Shown here: positions 10,312 through 19,309 of the stretch, piece by piece
Numbering within the stretch: the first letter of the stretch is position 1
How the letters are laid out: every line of letters begins with the position of its first letter
Source: an uncultured virus (IMG/VR IMGVR_UViG_3300017783_000009)
Lineage: Duplodnaviria > Heunggongvirae > Uroviricota > Caudoviricetes
IMG/VR virus record: IMGVR_UViG_3300017783_000009
Length of the DNA stretch: 64,000 nucleotides
Reading direction: 5' to 3' (one strand)
Position numbers and translations under genes: made by a program
The notes under the pieces: generated by a model
The model's input: only the letters and a program-made list of their open reading frames with translations
What the model was told of the DNA's origin: nothing
Databases searched by the model: none

Positions 10312-10345
10312 TACAATGTATCTCCTACATTGTATTTATCGACTT

Positions 10346-11614
10346 TTACTTGTTAAACGCCGCAATCAAAATTGTTTCACTATTCATACGTCCATTGAGC
10401 TTTGTTTCTGTAGTTTTTATACTATCAAACAGTTTTTCTGTTTTTGCACGAGTTGTTTTCTTTACCTGTGGCAAGAATTCACTAGGTTTACGTATAGTTC
10501 TTTGTAAACTTCTCTTTTCATCATAACCAATAATAGTTGTACCTTTTACACTTAGTCCTGTACCATCTCGCTGTAGTCCTTTAGGATCAATATTACTTGC
10601 ATAGTATAATCCAAGTTTACGATTCTTTGTATTAAAAACTACAAGTATATTTGCACCAACAATATCTGTTGCTGGAATACTTGCAACTCCATATGTGCTA
10701 TCACTTGCTTTAAATTTAAGTTTCTTTACAACATCATTTGCAGTTCTAACTTTTGCTTTTCGAGGCTTCCTTGTTGCTTTACTTTCTGCAATAATAATAT
10801 CACAAGCATCTATAACTTTACGATAAACTTCTAACCATGCTTTTTTTTGTTTTGCATCTAAATGCGAATAACCTTCTTCGAGTTGTTCACGCATATCATC
10901 CATATCACGCTTACCAACTTTTGTATTAAGTTCTACTGCTTCTTCTAGTTCACCTTCGTAAAATTTACGAATTTGTCTCGCATGACCCATTTTACATCCT
11001 ACACCACGTAAAATTTTTACAGGCTCAAAATCTTTTACTACACTAGGATCTGTATTACGGACAAAATCATCAAGGAATTCTTCAATACCTTCAGTCATAG
11101 CACAACTAGCCTCAAACATGAGTTCTTGAATGCTAGGCTTGTAAGGTTTTTTAGACTTTTCAGCATCTGCTTTTGCTTTTGCTTCTTCTACATACGGTTT
11201 ACCGCCTTCGATTGCAGCTTCAATTTTTTGCTTAATCCATGGAATAGAAGGTTGGATTTCTCCACTTGTACCTGGACAAGATTTCCAATGCTCATTATGT
11301 GGCTCATAATAATCAGGCATACCACAATCAAGCATACGACATACATATCCTACTGGCTGTGATATATTGTAACTCTTATCTGCTTTAGCACAACGTACAT
11401 CTTCTCTAGTATAGCCGTTATTGATCATCCATTTATATGTAAACTCGTTTAGATCACTTGCTTTATAATTTCTATAATAATAATCGCTAGCGGCTTGTTT
11501 AGCACGATGGAACTCTAAACCAGTCCATGTTTCATATCCAGCCCACGATGGATCTTGTAATGCACCTTTACGTATTTTTTTAAGTGCTTTTGCTTTTACA
11601 GGTTTACGTGCCAT
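10346..11614 (-). CDS. Hypothetical basic protein, 422 aa
   Basis: Long ORF with AGGAG RBS; no function recognised. Confidence 0.8.
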   Translation of the reverse strand: MARKPVKAKALKKIRKGALQDPSWAGYETWTGLEFHRAKQAASDYYYRNYKASDLNEFTYKWMINNGYTREDVRCAKADKSYNISQPVGYVCRMLDCGMPDYYEPHNEHWKSCPGTSGEIQPSIPWIKQKIEAAIEGGKPYVEEAKAKADAEKSKKPYKPSIQELMFEASCAMTEGIEEFLDDFVRNTDPSVVKDFEPVKILRGVGCKMGHARQIRKFYEGELEEAVELNTKVGKRDMDDMREQLEEGYSHLDAKQKKAWLEVYRKVIDACDIIIAESKATRKPRKAKVRTANDVVKKLKFKASDSTYGVASIPATDIVGANILVVFNTKNRKLGLYYASNIDPKGLQRDGTGLSVKGTTIIGYDEKRSLQRTIRKPSEFLPQVKKTTRAKTEKLFDSIKTTETKLNGRMNSETILIAAFNK

Positions 11615-11626
11615 TTCTATCTCCTA

Positions 11627-11776
11627 TTAATCTATCCATTCAAACGCATCTTCTACGCTAATATTAAGAGCATTACATACTTCTTCAATTTTGTCAAGTG
11701 TTTCATTTTCATCGCCAGGCCATTGACCAGCCATCTGTGCTTGATAAGTTTGAAGAAGTTGTTTTATATATTCCAT
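11627..11776 (-). CDS. Small protein, 49 aa (MEYIKQLLQTY...FEWID)
   Basis: Manually translated; GGAG RBS. Confidence 0.65.
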   Translation of the reverse strand: MEYIKQLLQTYQAQMAGQWPGDENETLDKIEEVCNALNISVEDAFEWID

Positions 11777-11789
11777 TATTTACTCCGTA

Positions 11790-11915
11790 TTAGTTATCAT
11801 AAGTATCTTTCATACATTCATAGTTCCATAAATTACGAGATATGGGTTCAATTCCAAATCTTATACAGTCTTTTAAATAATCACTGTATTTGGAATATGA
11901 AGTTATTTTTTTCAT
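11790..11915 (-). CDS. Micro-protein, 41 aa (MKKITSYSKYSDYLKDC...TYDN)
   Basis: TAATG overlap with the upstream gene; resembles 12510-12635. Confidence 0.6.
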   Translation of the reverse strand: MKKITSYSKYSDYLKDCIRFGIEPISRNLWNYECMKDTYDN

Positions 11916-12289
11916 TATACAGTTTGTAGTTCCATTACTTCCTTGAAACCATAATCTGCAACAACCCAGACAATATTGTTTCCATCAATGACAATATCAC
12001 CTACACTAATACTTGCCATACGATCAAGGCGTTCAATGTTTTCTTCAGGACCAATGTTACCGATTTCAAAAACATGCTCTAAATCGCTTGCAGTAATGTT
12101 TGCAACATGTGTATAAAATCCGCTATTAAATGCATCTTTTGCAAGAGCTTCTACAGTTGATTTTACAAGTATAGGAAAAGACATATCACGTCTTGCTTTA
12201 ATTTTTGGAACAGCATCATAATCTTCACTTGAATTAAAAAGATCAATTTCAGCGTCTGTAGCACGAATTTGTAATATCTGATATTTCAT
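11915..12289 (-). CDS. Early hypothetical protein with a YodL-like motif; start refined to MKYQIL
   Basis: LEHVFEIGN...RMASISVGDIV motif; AAGGA RBS; follows a sigma70 promoter. Confidence 0.65.
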   Translation of the reverse strand: MKYQILQIRATDAEIDLFNSSEDYDAVPKIKARRDMSFPILVKSTVEALAKDAFNSGFYTHVANITASDLEHVFEIGNIGPEENIERLDRMASISVGDIVIDGNNIVWVVADYGFKEVMELQTV

Positions 12290-12318
12290 TGTTTGTTCCT
12301 TTTTCAACTTATATAACT

Positions 12319-12347
12319 ACTATATAGTAAGATATCTTACTTGTCAA
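12319..12347 (-). promoter_or_regulatory. Sigma70-type early promoter
   Basis: TTGACA-N17-TATAGT with an A-rich UP element. Confidence 0.85.
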
Positions 12348-12366
12348 CCTTTTTTTTAATTATTTT

Positions 12367-12519
12367 CTAATTCTTCTTCTTGTAAATCTTGTATGCTTTA
12401 GTAATACTGTTATTTTCATCAAAGCCATTATCCATAGCATCGACCAACCAATTAAACGACTTACCATAAAAATCTTCTGCTCTTTTTGTTAGAACATTAA
12501 TTGCAGTATTTAATTGCAT
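12367..12519 (-). CDS. Small early protein, 50 aa (MQLNTAINV...)
   Basis: AGGAGG RBS upstream of ATG 12519. Confidence 0.7.
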   Translation of the reverse strand: MQLNTAINVLTKRAEDFYGKSFNWLVDAMDNGFDENNSITKAYKIYKKKN

Positions 12520-12635
12520 AATTCTTCCTCCTGTTCTTTTAATGCATTCCAAAGATCTTCTGGAAATGCGCCATAACCTTTAGCACGGTTGTATGCTACA
12601 TAATCTAAATACGTTTTATGATCTATTGCTAACAT
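12510..12635 (-). CDS. Micro-protein, 41 aa (MLAIDHKTYLDYVAY...ELCN)
   Basis: Manually translated; TAAGGA RBS; first gene after a sigma70 promoter. Confidence 0.7.
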   Translation of the reverse strand: MLAIDHKTYLDYVAYNRAKGYGAFPEDLWNALKEQEEELCN

Positions 12636-12663
12636 GTTATATCCTTATTTGCAACTTATATAT

Positions 12664-12692
12664 AGCTTACACTAAGATGTCTTGCTTGTCAA
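12664..12692 (-). promoter_or_regulatory. Sigma70-type early promoter
   Basis: TTGACA-N17-TAAGCT; near-duplicate of the promoter at 12319-12347. Confidence 0.8.
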
Positions 12693-12693
12693 C

Positions 12694-12722
12694 AAAAAAG
12701 CGCAAGATAAAATCCTGCGCTT
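12694..12722 (-). terminator. Intrinsic terminator after the SbmA-like gene
   Basis: GCGCAGGAU-UUU-AUCUUGCGC followed by UUUUUU. Confidence 0.8.
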
Positions 12723-12751
12723 TCAATAACTTATAATTTTTTTTAAAAAAA

Positions 12752-13738
12752 TTACATAGCTACTTTTGATTTTTCTTCAATTTGGCGTTCAAATTCTCTT
12801 AAACGTCTATATACACTCATTAATTCAATAATTGTAGGCCACGCTTTAAGTAAATATTGCATACTACCTTCAACACGACCAAATGCACGTATAATTTGTT
12901 GCATTACACCTAATGTAATTGCACCTGTTACAATTGCCGGTGCTAAGAATACATAGGCACTTAGCACATTTGCTTGTAAATATGCAATACGACCCACATT
13001 AAAGTAAAGATAACGTATATAACTTAAAAAGTGTATACTACGCACCCCATCAAACAATTCTTCAATTGATTTAGGACGAATTTTTTCATCGTCTTCTGCA
13101 ATCACTAGAATTTTTCGATAAGCGGCTTCTTTCTTTTGTAAATCATATTCGATTCCAACTAAACGAAATGCCCATCCTAATCCAATAAGGAATAGTGTGC
13201 CACCTATACTCCAAAGTAGAGCACCTGTAACAAGTCCATATTGCCATTCTCCAAAGAACATAATAGTTAGTCCTGCACTTAGTCCTAATAAAATTGGAAC
13301 AAACTGAATAAGAATCATTATTGCTTCGATGAAACTTGTTCCAAGTCCTTCCATGATACGACTAAATTTAATCGTATCTTCTTGTACCCTTTGTGCGGCA
13401 CCTTCTATGGTTCTTGCTTTATCATATACACTATGATACCACTCTACCATAGCCGTTCTCCAACGGAATAGATAATGAGCTGTAAAGAAACTTACTATCA
13501 CAGCAATTAGTACATATATACCTGCTAGATATATAAATTCAATTAAACTACTCCAATATTCACCCATAGTAATTGCATTTGGTGTGGCTAGTGCTTTTTG
13601 AATCATATCGTAAAACGTTCCAAACCATTCATTGATTTTTACATCAATTTCTACTTGAACCCATAGTGAACTTAAAATTGCAGCTGACCCTAGCCAACTC
13701 CATAACCACCATTTTCGGTTCTTAAAAAACCTAAACAT
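12752..13738 (-). CDS. sbmA: SbmA/BacA-family inner-membrane peptide transporter
   Basis: INEWFGTFYDMIQKAL, HYLFRWRTAM, IEGAAQRVQEDT, QKKEAAYRK, ELMSVYRRL; multiple TM helices. Confidence 0.85.
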   Translation of the reverse strand: MFRFFKNRKWWLWSWLGSAAILSSLWVQVEIDVKINEWFGTFYDMIQKALATPNAITMGEYWSSLIEFIYLAGIYVLIAVIVSFFTAHYLFRWRTAMVEWYHSVYDKARTIEGAAQRVQEDTIKFSRIMEGLGTSFIEAIMILIQFVPILLGLSAGLTIMFFGEWQYGLVTGALLWSIGGTLFLIGLGWAFRLVGIEYDLQKKEAAYRKILVIAEDDEKIRPKSIEELFDGVRSIHFLSYIRYLYFNVGRIAYLQANVLSAYVFLAPAIVTGAITLGVMQQIIRAFGRVEGSMQYLLKAWPTIIELMSVYRRLREFERQIEEKSKVAM

Positions 13739-13773
13739 ATGTTTTCCTTTTCTTTTCTTATCTAGATGTTATT

Positions 13774-13801
13774 ATTGTAAACGAAATTAAAGAATTGTCA
13801 A
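13774..13801 (-). promoter_or_regulatory. Sigma70-type promoter for the SbmA-like gene
   Basis: TTGACA-N16-TACAAT; back to back with the late promoter CATAAATA at 13825-13832 (+). Confidence 0.65.
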
Positions 13802-13852
13802 GTAAATTTTTATATACACATTGTCATAAATACACTATATTAAGGAATTATT

Positions 13853-14920
13853 ATGCCAAGACTCAGTTTATACAAACCATACAAAGGCAATGACTTTAAA
13901 TTTATGGACAGAGGCGTCCGTGAACAATTTGACATTGGTGGAACAGCAATACATGTTCATAAATACTTAGGTCCAAGTCCACAATCAAATAATGAAGATC
14001 CTAGTGAACCAAATTATGGAAGTGGATTAGAAAAAGATTTTATAACTGGAGAAGAAATAAATCCAGAAGGTCTTATTGACGAAACACAAATACAGGATCT
14101 ACTGTTTATGGAAAACAGAGATCGTAAATATGATCCTGATATTTATGAATTACGTGGTGTATATAATGTAAGTGATAATGATTTTGATCTTACACAGTTT
14201 GGATTATTCCTTACAAACGATACATTGTTTATAACATTTCATATCAACGATATGATTGAAAGATTAAACAGAAAATTAATGCCAGGAGATGTTTTAGAAT
14301 TACCTCACTTACGTGACGAACTGTTACTTACAGCCGAAAAAGATGCAATTAACAAATTTTATGTTGTTCAAGATGCTGCAAGAAGTGCTGAAGGATTTTC
14401 TCAAACATGGTATCCACACATTTGGAGAGTGAAAGTAGCACCATTGACAGATACACAAGAATATGCAGATATATTAGGCACAGCCGCAGATGAAAACTCA
14501 CTTAAGAATGATATAAGTTCTTATAAAACAGAACTTAATATTTCAAATGCAATTGTTGCTAGTGCAGAAGCAGCTAATCCAACTGGACTACCACTTGCAG
14601 ATCATTTATTTGGTGTTGATAGTGAAAATAACGAATACGATCACGGAGAAACATTAGAGACAGGTGATCAATTTCCACAAAATCCAAATGATAGTGATTA
14701 TTTTGTAAGAACTGATTTTACACCTAATAGATTATTTGTATTTCGAGGCAGCAGATGGCATAGATTATACGATAATGTTACAGACGACACATGGAGTGAT
14801 AGAACATATAATGCTAGCTCGTTTATAAACAACAATTCAACTACTGTAGTTGATAATCAAGAATTTCCTGAGCGTCAATCTCTATCACAGGCGCTTAAAC
14901 CAAAAAGTGATTTTGAATAA
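13853..14920 (+). CDS. Neck/head-closure protein (gp14-like)
   Basis: Late promoter and AAGGA RBS; DLTQFGL...PGDVLELP pattern; directly upstream of the gp15-like gene. Confidence 0.65.
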   Translation: MPRLSLYKPYKGNDFKFMDRGVREQFDIGGTAIHVHKYLGPSPQSNNEDPSEPNYGSGLEKDFITGEEINPEGLIDETQIQDLLFMENRDRKYDPDIYELRGVYNVSDNDFDLTQFGLFLTNDTLFITFHINDMIERLNRKLMPGDVLELPHLRDELLLTAEKDAINKFYVVQDAARSAEGFSQTWYPHIWRVKVAPLTDTQEYADILGTAADENSLKNDISSYKTELNISNAIVASAEAANPTGLPLADHLFGVDSENNEYDHGETLETGDQFPQNPNDSDYFVRTDFTPNRLFVFRGSRWHRLYDNVTDDTWSDRTYNASSFINNNSTTVVDNQEFPERQSLSQALKPKSDFE

Positions 14921-16278
14921 TGGCACAATATTTTTACGACAAACAAATAAGAAGATATATTCAACAGTTCATTAGACTGTTTAGCGGCTTTAATGTTCAA
15001 ATGGGCAAAGACGATGAAAGTTTACCTATATATCAAAAAGTTCCTGTAAGATATGGCGATATAAATCGTATGGCAGCACATATTACACGTGAAAACAGTG
15101 AAAATGTTGTTAACAGTGTTCCATTTATAAGTTGTTACGTAACTGCACTAAACATGCTACCAGAAAGAAGAACATATCAAGATTACACTGAAAAAATGCA
15201 AGTGTATGAAAAGAAATTTGACGAAGACACAAACGAGTATATAAACGAACGTGGTAATAATTACACCGTTGAAAGACATGCACCTGTACCTTATATGCTC
15301 CAGATGAATTGTGATGTTTGGACTTCTAATACAGATCAAAAATTACAATTATTGGAACAGATACTAGTATTATTTAATCCAACATTAGACATTAGAACAA
15401 GCAATAATATAGTAGACTGGAGTGCTTTATCACATGTGGAAATGACAAACACAAACTGGTCTAGTAGAAGTGTTGGATCAAGTATAGATGATATTATAGA
15501 TGTAAGCACTTTAAGTTTTGACATTCCAGTGTTTATAAACCCACCTGCAAAAATACAAAGACAAAGATTAATACATACAGTAATTAATGAATTATATAGT
15601 CTTACAGATGAAGACTTAGAAGACTTTAAAGAAAATTTACCTTTTAACAAAAATACACTAGAATACACAATTGTTACATATGAAGATAAAAAATCCAGAT
15701 TTGAAAACGCACAACTATTCCTTTTAAATAAAGATGGAACTAGTTTAAATGATAACGGACAACCTCTCAATTGGGCAGAAGAAACTAAACCTTTTGGCGT
15801 GATAAGAGACGGAATAAGTCAAGTAAGGTTAAGAAAAAATGGGTCAGATCCTAGTGATAAATCAAATGATATTGTAGGTAAAGTAAGTATTAATCAAGGA
15901 AATATAAATATATTAAATGTTGATATTGATTTAACAACATTACCAGCAAACACAGTAGTTGCAGTTAATGCATTAGTAGATCCAACAAATAATTATCCTG
16001 GAGATGGAACAGTTCCTGCACAAATTTCAGGACAGCGATATCTCTTACTAAATGATTTACCAGTTAATTCATATTGGGGAGGTCTAACTGCAAATAGATT
16101 TGATATAATTCAATATGATGGAACAAACTGGACTATAACATTTGATAGCTCGTCAATAAATACCACTGAATATGTTACTAACGTTGCAAACAACGATCAA
16201 CTAGAATGGAACGGATCCGAATGGTTAAATAGTAACGAAGGCGTGTATAACGCAGGGTATTGGCGATTGTATCTATGA
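14920..16278 (+). CDS. gp15: Tail terminator/sheath stabiliser (gp15-like) with C-terminal extension
   Basis: YFYDKQIRRYI...LFS, VPVRYG, PVPY, QLLEQILVLFNP. Confidence 0.85.
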   Translation: MAQYFYDKQIRRYIQQFIRLFSGFNVQMGKDDESLPIYQKVPVRYGDINRMAAHITRENSENVVNSVPFISCYVTALNMLPERRTYQDYTEKMQVYEKKFDEDTNEYINERGNNYTVERHAPVPYMLQMNCDVWTSNTDQKLQLLEQILVLFNPTLDIRTSNNIVDWSALSHVEMTNTNWSSRSVGSSIDDIIDVSTLSFDIPVFINPPAKIQRQRLIHTVINELYSLTDEDLEDFKENLPFNKNTLEYTIVTYEDKKSRFENAQLFLLNKDGTSLNDNGQPLNWAEETKPFGVIRDGISQVRLRKNGSDPSDKSNDIVGKVSINQGNINILNVDIDLTTLPANTVVAVNALVDPTNNYPGDGTVPAQISGQRYLLLNDLPVNSYWGGLTANRFDIIQYDGTNWTITFDSSSINTTEYVTNVANNDQLEWNGSEWLNSNEGVYNAGYWRLYL

Positions 16279-16703
16279 TTGAAGCAAGTGGCTGTATTTT
16301 TTTAAGTTTAAATACTGGAAGAATTTTATTACAACAACGAGGAAGTAAAGTAAAGCACCCAAACACTTGGGGCTTTTTTGGTGGCAAAAGCGAAGGTAAC
16401 GAAAGACCAAGCGAAACACTTTATAGAGAAATTTATGAAGAATTAGGAACTTTACCGAGTATAATAAAAGTAATACCTTTAAACAAATTTACATCGCCAA
16501 ATAAAAAATTTGAATATCATAGTTTTGTATCTATTGTACAAAAAGAATTTATTCCTATTCTAAATGACGAAAGTAATGGATATGCTTGGGTTAAAATAGG
16601 AAACTATCCTAATCCATTGCATCCTGGTGCTAATATACAATTAAGAGATAATGAATTTAATAAAAAAGTTAAAATAATTTATAAAACTCATAAAGCTGAG
16701 TAG
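16275..16703 (+). CDS. Nudix hydrolase; start refined to 16275
   Basis: Nudix box GGKSEGNERPSETLYREIYEELG; ATGA overlap with the upstream gene. Confidence 0.9.
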   Translation: MIEASGCIFLSLNTGRILLQQRGSKVKHPNTWGFFGGKSEGNERPSETLYREIYEELGTLPSIIKVIPLNKFTSPNKKFEYHSFVSIVQKEFIPILNDESNGYAWVKIGNYPNPLHPGANIQLRDNEFNKKVKIIYKTHKAE

Positions 16704-16704
16704 A

Positions 16705-17784
16705 TTAATTTTCTGTAATACGTTTTTTCATACTAGCAACAAATTGCTCACGCAACCAATCAAAATCATTAATCTTGCTAAGAGCTTCAACATCACCTTT
16801 ATGTTCTAATCCGTATGCTTTTCCTTCTAATGCACCCTTTATACAATAACGACCAAAACGTTCTCCATTGTCTACAGTTGTCCATGTTTCAAGTCTAGCA
16901 TCTGTTTCGTCTTGTTTTTGATTTGGATTTACACTTGATGCAAGTTTAACACATTCACGGAATGCACTACGCCATGTTCTATAAGGATCTCTATTAAATC
17001 TTGTATAATTGCTTACATCAGCAACAGGTTGATAAAATGCAACACCTGTTGTAAAGTCAGGAAGTTCATGTCCCATATCTAACAATTGTTGTCTTGGAAA
17101 TAATTTTACAGCACCATATCCATATTCTAATCCATTAATTGGGTTACGTGCGCTCCATACATATGTTGTATTGTTACGTTTGCTCATAGGTGGAAGATAA
17201 TTAAAATAAAAATCATCAACAATATCTGCATCAGCATCAACTATATAAACCATTTCTGTTTCAGATTGTTTAGCACATTCTTTATGTGCATTTGCAATAC
17301 CTTCTACATTTTTTACGTGTTTTGCATCAGGAAATTTTTGTTTTAGTTTTATAAAGTTTGCATCTGCTTCTGCTTCATGATAACTAATCATAAACACATC
17401 AAAGTCTGTTTTTTGATAAGAAGCAATAATTCTATTTTTGTAACTGCCCAGATATAAGCTACCTGTTGGAACCAAATATATATCTCCGTGTAGTAATGTA
17501 GATTTGGTTCTTTTTGTTACTGTTGGAAATTTATGTATGTAATTTCTACCATCTCCACTTGGTCTATAATGCCAAGGAAAATCTTTTCTTATATTTGCAC
17601 TATCATTTACAACCCAAACCATTTCACTTTTATCTCTATGCTCATTTGCTAATGTAAGAAGTGTATCGTCTCTTGTTGCTCTTTTATCAACTCTAACTAT
17701 AGGGTATGAATTAAAAATATATTTTTTTAACCTGTCCCAAGGTGTTACTACACTTTGTCCTTGGAACTCTTTCATATTAATCAT
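16705..17784 (-). CDS. GT-A fold glycosyltransferase-like protein with a degenerate duplicated N-terminal domain
   Basis: VFMISYHE...AHKECA...YIVDAD (DxD); the N-terminal half repeats the SEMVWVV pattern. Confidence 0.7.
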   Translation of the reverse strand: MINMKEFQGQSVVTPWDRLKKYIFNSYPIVRVDKRATRDDTLLTLANEHRDKSEMVWVVNDSANIRKDFPWHYRPSGDGRNYIHKFPTVTKRTKSTLLHGDIYLVPTGSLYLGSYKNRIIASYQKTDFDVFMISYHEAEADANFIKLKQKFPDAKHVKNVEGIANAHKECAKQSETEMVYIVDADADIVDDFYFNYLPPMSKRNNTTYVWSARNPINGLEYGYGAVKLFPRQQLLDMGHELPDFTTGVAFYQPVADVSNYTRFNRDPYRTWRSAFRECVKLASSVNPNQKQDETDARLETWTTVDNGERFGRYCIKGALEGKAYGLEHKGDVEALSKINDFDWLREQFVASMKKRITEN

Positions 17785-18427
17785 TGCAATCATCCTTTAT
17801 TGTAAATGCACGTGTACCTACGTGTGCAATTTTATCACTTAATGCGTGATCTACAAATACTGTATAACCATATTTATGTGCGCTATTACAGAAGTAAACA
17901 TCTTCTCCTACAAGGCTATTATAATTTTCATCGTATTCAATTTTATAAAAAGGCTTTGGTATGTCTTCGTATACTTTTCTATTTACAAGCATCATACCAC
18001 TACCTACTGCCCAAACTTCTTCGAGACCTGTTCCTAGAAAACATCTACTATCTAAATCTTTTGGATTTGTAAAGGCAACTGGCCTATACGGAGGAACTCT
18101 TGTTGAATAATTTCCTGCTACAATATCTTTTTTATGGCTTAGTAGCATATTTAATACATCTACGGGAAACTGCATATCTGAATCTATCCACATAATATGT
18201 GAACAACTTGTTTGTAATGCTTGATCTACTAGTTGCTGTCTTTGCATAGCTACTTCACTACCCATGTTAAAATGTAAGGTAGTAGATAAACCAGTCTCGC
18301 CACACTTTTTCATAAGCATAGCGAGACTATGTGCAAAAACCGCTGTAACTGTATCACGCACAGGAACGCAAATTGCTACATTTGCGGATTTATCAGTTTT
18401 GTAATAATGATTAGGTATACTTACCAT
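17777..18427 (-). CDS. Family 2-like glycosyltransferase
   Basis: AICVP, HIMWIDSD (DxD), VGSGMMLV, GEDVYFC. Confidence 0.85.
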   Translation of the reverse strand: MVSIPNHYYKTDKSANVAICVPVRDTVTAVFAHSLAMLMKKCGETGLSTTLHFNMGSEVAMQRQQLVDQALQTSCSHIMWIDSDMQFPVDVLNMLLSHKKDIVAGNYSTRVPPYRPVAFTNPKDLDSRCFLGTGLEEVWAVGSGMMLVNRKVYEDIPKPFYKIEYDENYNSLVGEDVYFCNSAHKYGYTVFVDHALSDKIAHVGTRAFTIKDDCND

Positions 18428-18439
18428 TATTATTATATG

Positions 18440-18856
18440 TTATGCTAATTCTGATTCTAGTTCTGCTTCAATTTCTTGAACACTTGTATTAAGTGATTTT
18501 GCAAGAGCAGTTGCAGATTTTACTGTTGCAGCAAATGCTTCATCTGACATTGATGCCATGTATGACATATGTTCTGGTTGAACTTTACCAATTGTTAAAA
18601 TATCAATAGCTGCTAATTTTGCTAAACGATTTACCCAGTATTCTTCTTCGCTTTCTTCAACATTAGCAATAAGCGAATCAATCGAACCGTTTTCAGATTC
18701 AAAGTTTGTTGCTACTAATTCTAAGACAGCTAAGTCTGGATGACTTGACGCACGTGCTGACATTAGTTCAGTTTGTAATGCCATTGCTTTACGTGCAATG
18801 GACGGATGTGCTCCTAAAACAAATGTTTCAATTTCATATTTTGTTCTAATACTCAT
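18440..18856 (-). CDS. Hypothetical helical protein
   Basis: AGGAG RBS; first gene of the glycosyltransferase operon. Confidence 0.75.
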   Translation of the reverse strand: MSIRTKYEIETFVLGAHPSIARKAMALQTELMSARASSHPDLAVLELVATNFESENGSIDSLIANVEESEEEYWVNRLAKLAAIDILTIGKVQPEHMSYMASMSDEAFAATVKSATALAKSLNTSVQEIEAELESELA

Positions 18857-18900
18857 AGTTTTCTCCTGTGTTGAGTTTACTTGTACATATATTTAGTTGT

Positions 18901-18949
18901 ATTTTAAATGAAAAATAAATCACTGTCAAGTGTTTTTTTGACAGTGATT
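18901..18949 (-). promoter_or_regulatory. Terminator-like hairpin overlapping a sigma70-type promoter
   Basis: Inverted repeat AATCACTGTCAA...TTGACAGTGATT; on the minus strand its 3' arm supplies TTGACA-N17-TAAAAT. Confidence 0.6.
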
Positions 18950-18966
18950 ATAGATTATCGGGAATA

Positions 18967-19224
18967 TTAGATTGTGTTTACGCCGTCCGGTGTTGGGTAA
19001 ACTGCTCCTGGCCCTTCGTCGTTTGCTGGATCTACACCTGATGCTGTACCATAAGCATTAGGGTTTTGCCATCCGCCAAACGTAGCTGAAAGAGCTATGT
19101 TTGTTGTTACTGATGGTGAAATAAAATTTCCGAGTGTCGACATAGAGATAGTTCCACTTAAACCAAAATAGTTACGAACTGTACCCATTGACAGTGTCGA
19201 ACCTGTTCCTGGTAATGCTGCCAT
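18967..19224 (-). CDS. Small fibre-tip-associated structural protein
   Basis: MAALPGTGSTLSM...ISMS pattern seen in proteins following S74-chaperoned fibres; late promoter 19281-19288 and AAGGAG RBS. Confidence 0.55.
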   Translation of the reverse strand: MAALPGTGSTLSMGTVRNYFGLSGTISMSTLGNFISPSVTTNIALSATFGGWQNPNAYGTASGVDPANDEGPGAVYPTPDGVNTI

Positions 19225-19309
19225 TCTTAAATCTCCTTGTTAGTTTATTAATGTTAACATAGGATAAACCTATCTACAGTTATTTATCTACTATGAATAA
19301 AAACTAATG

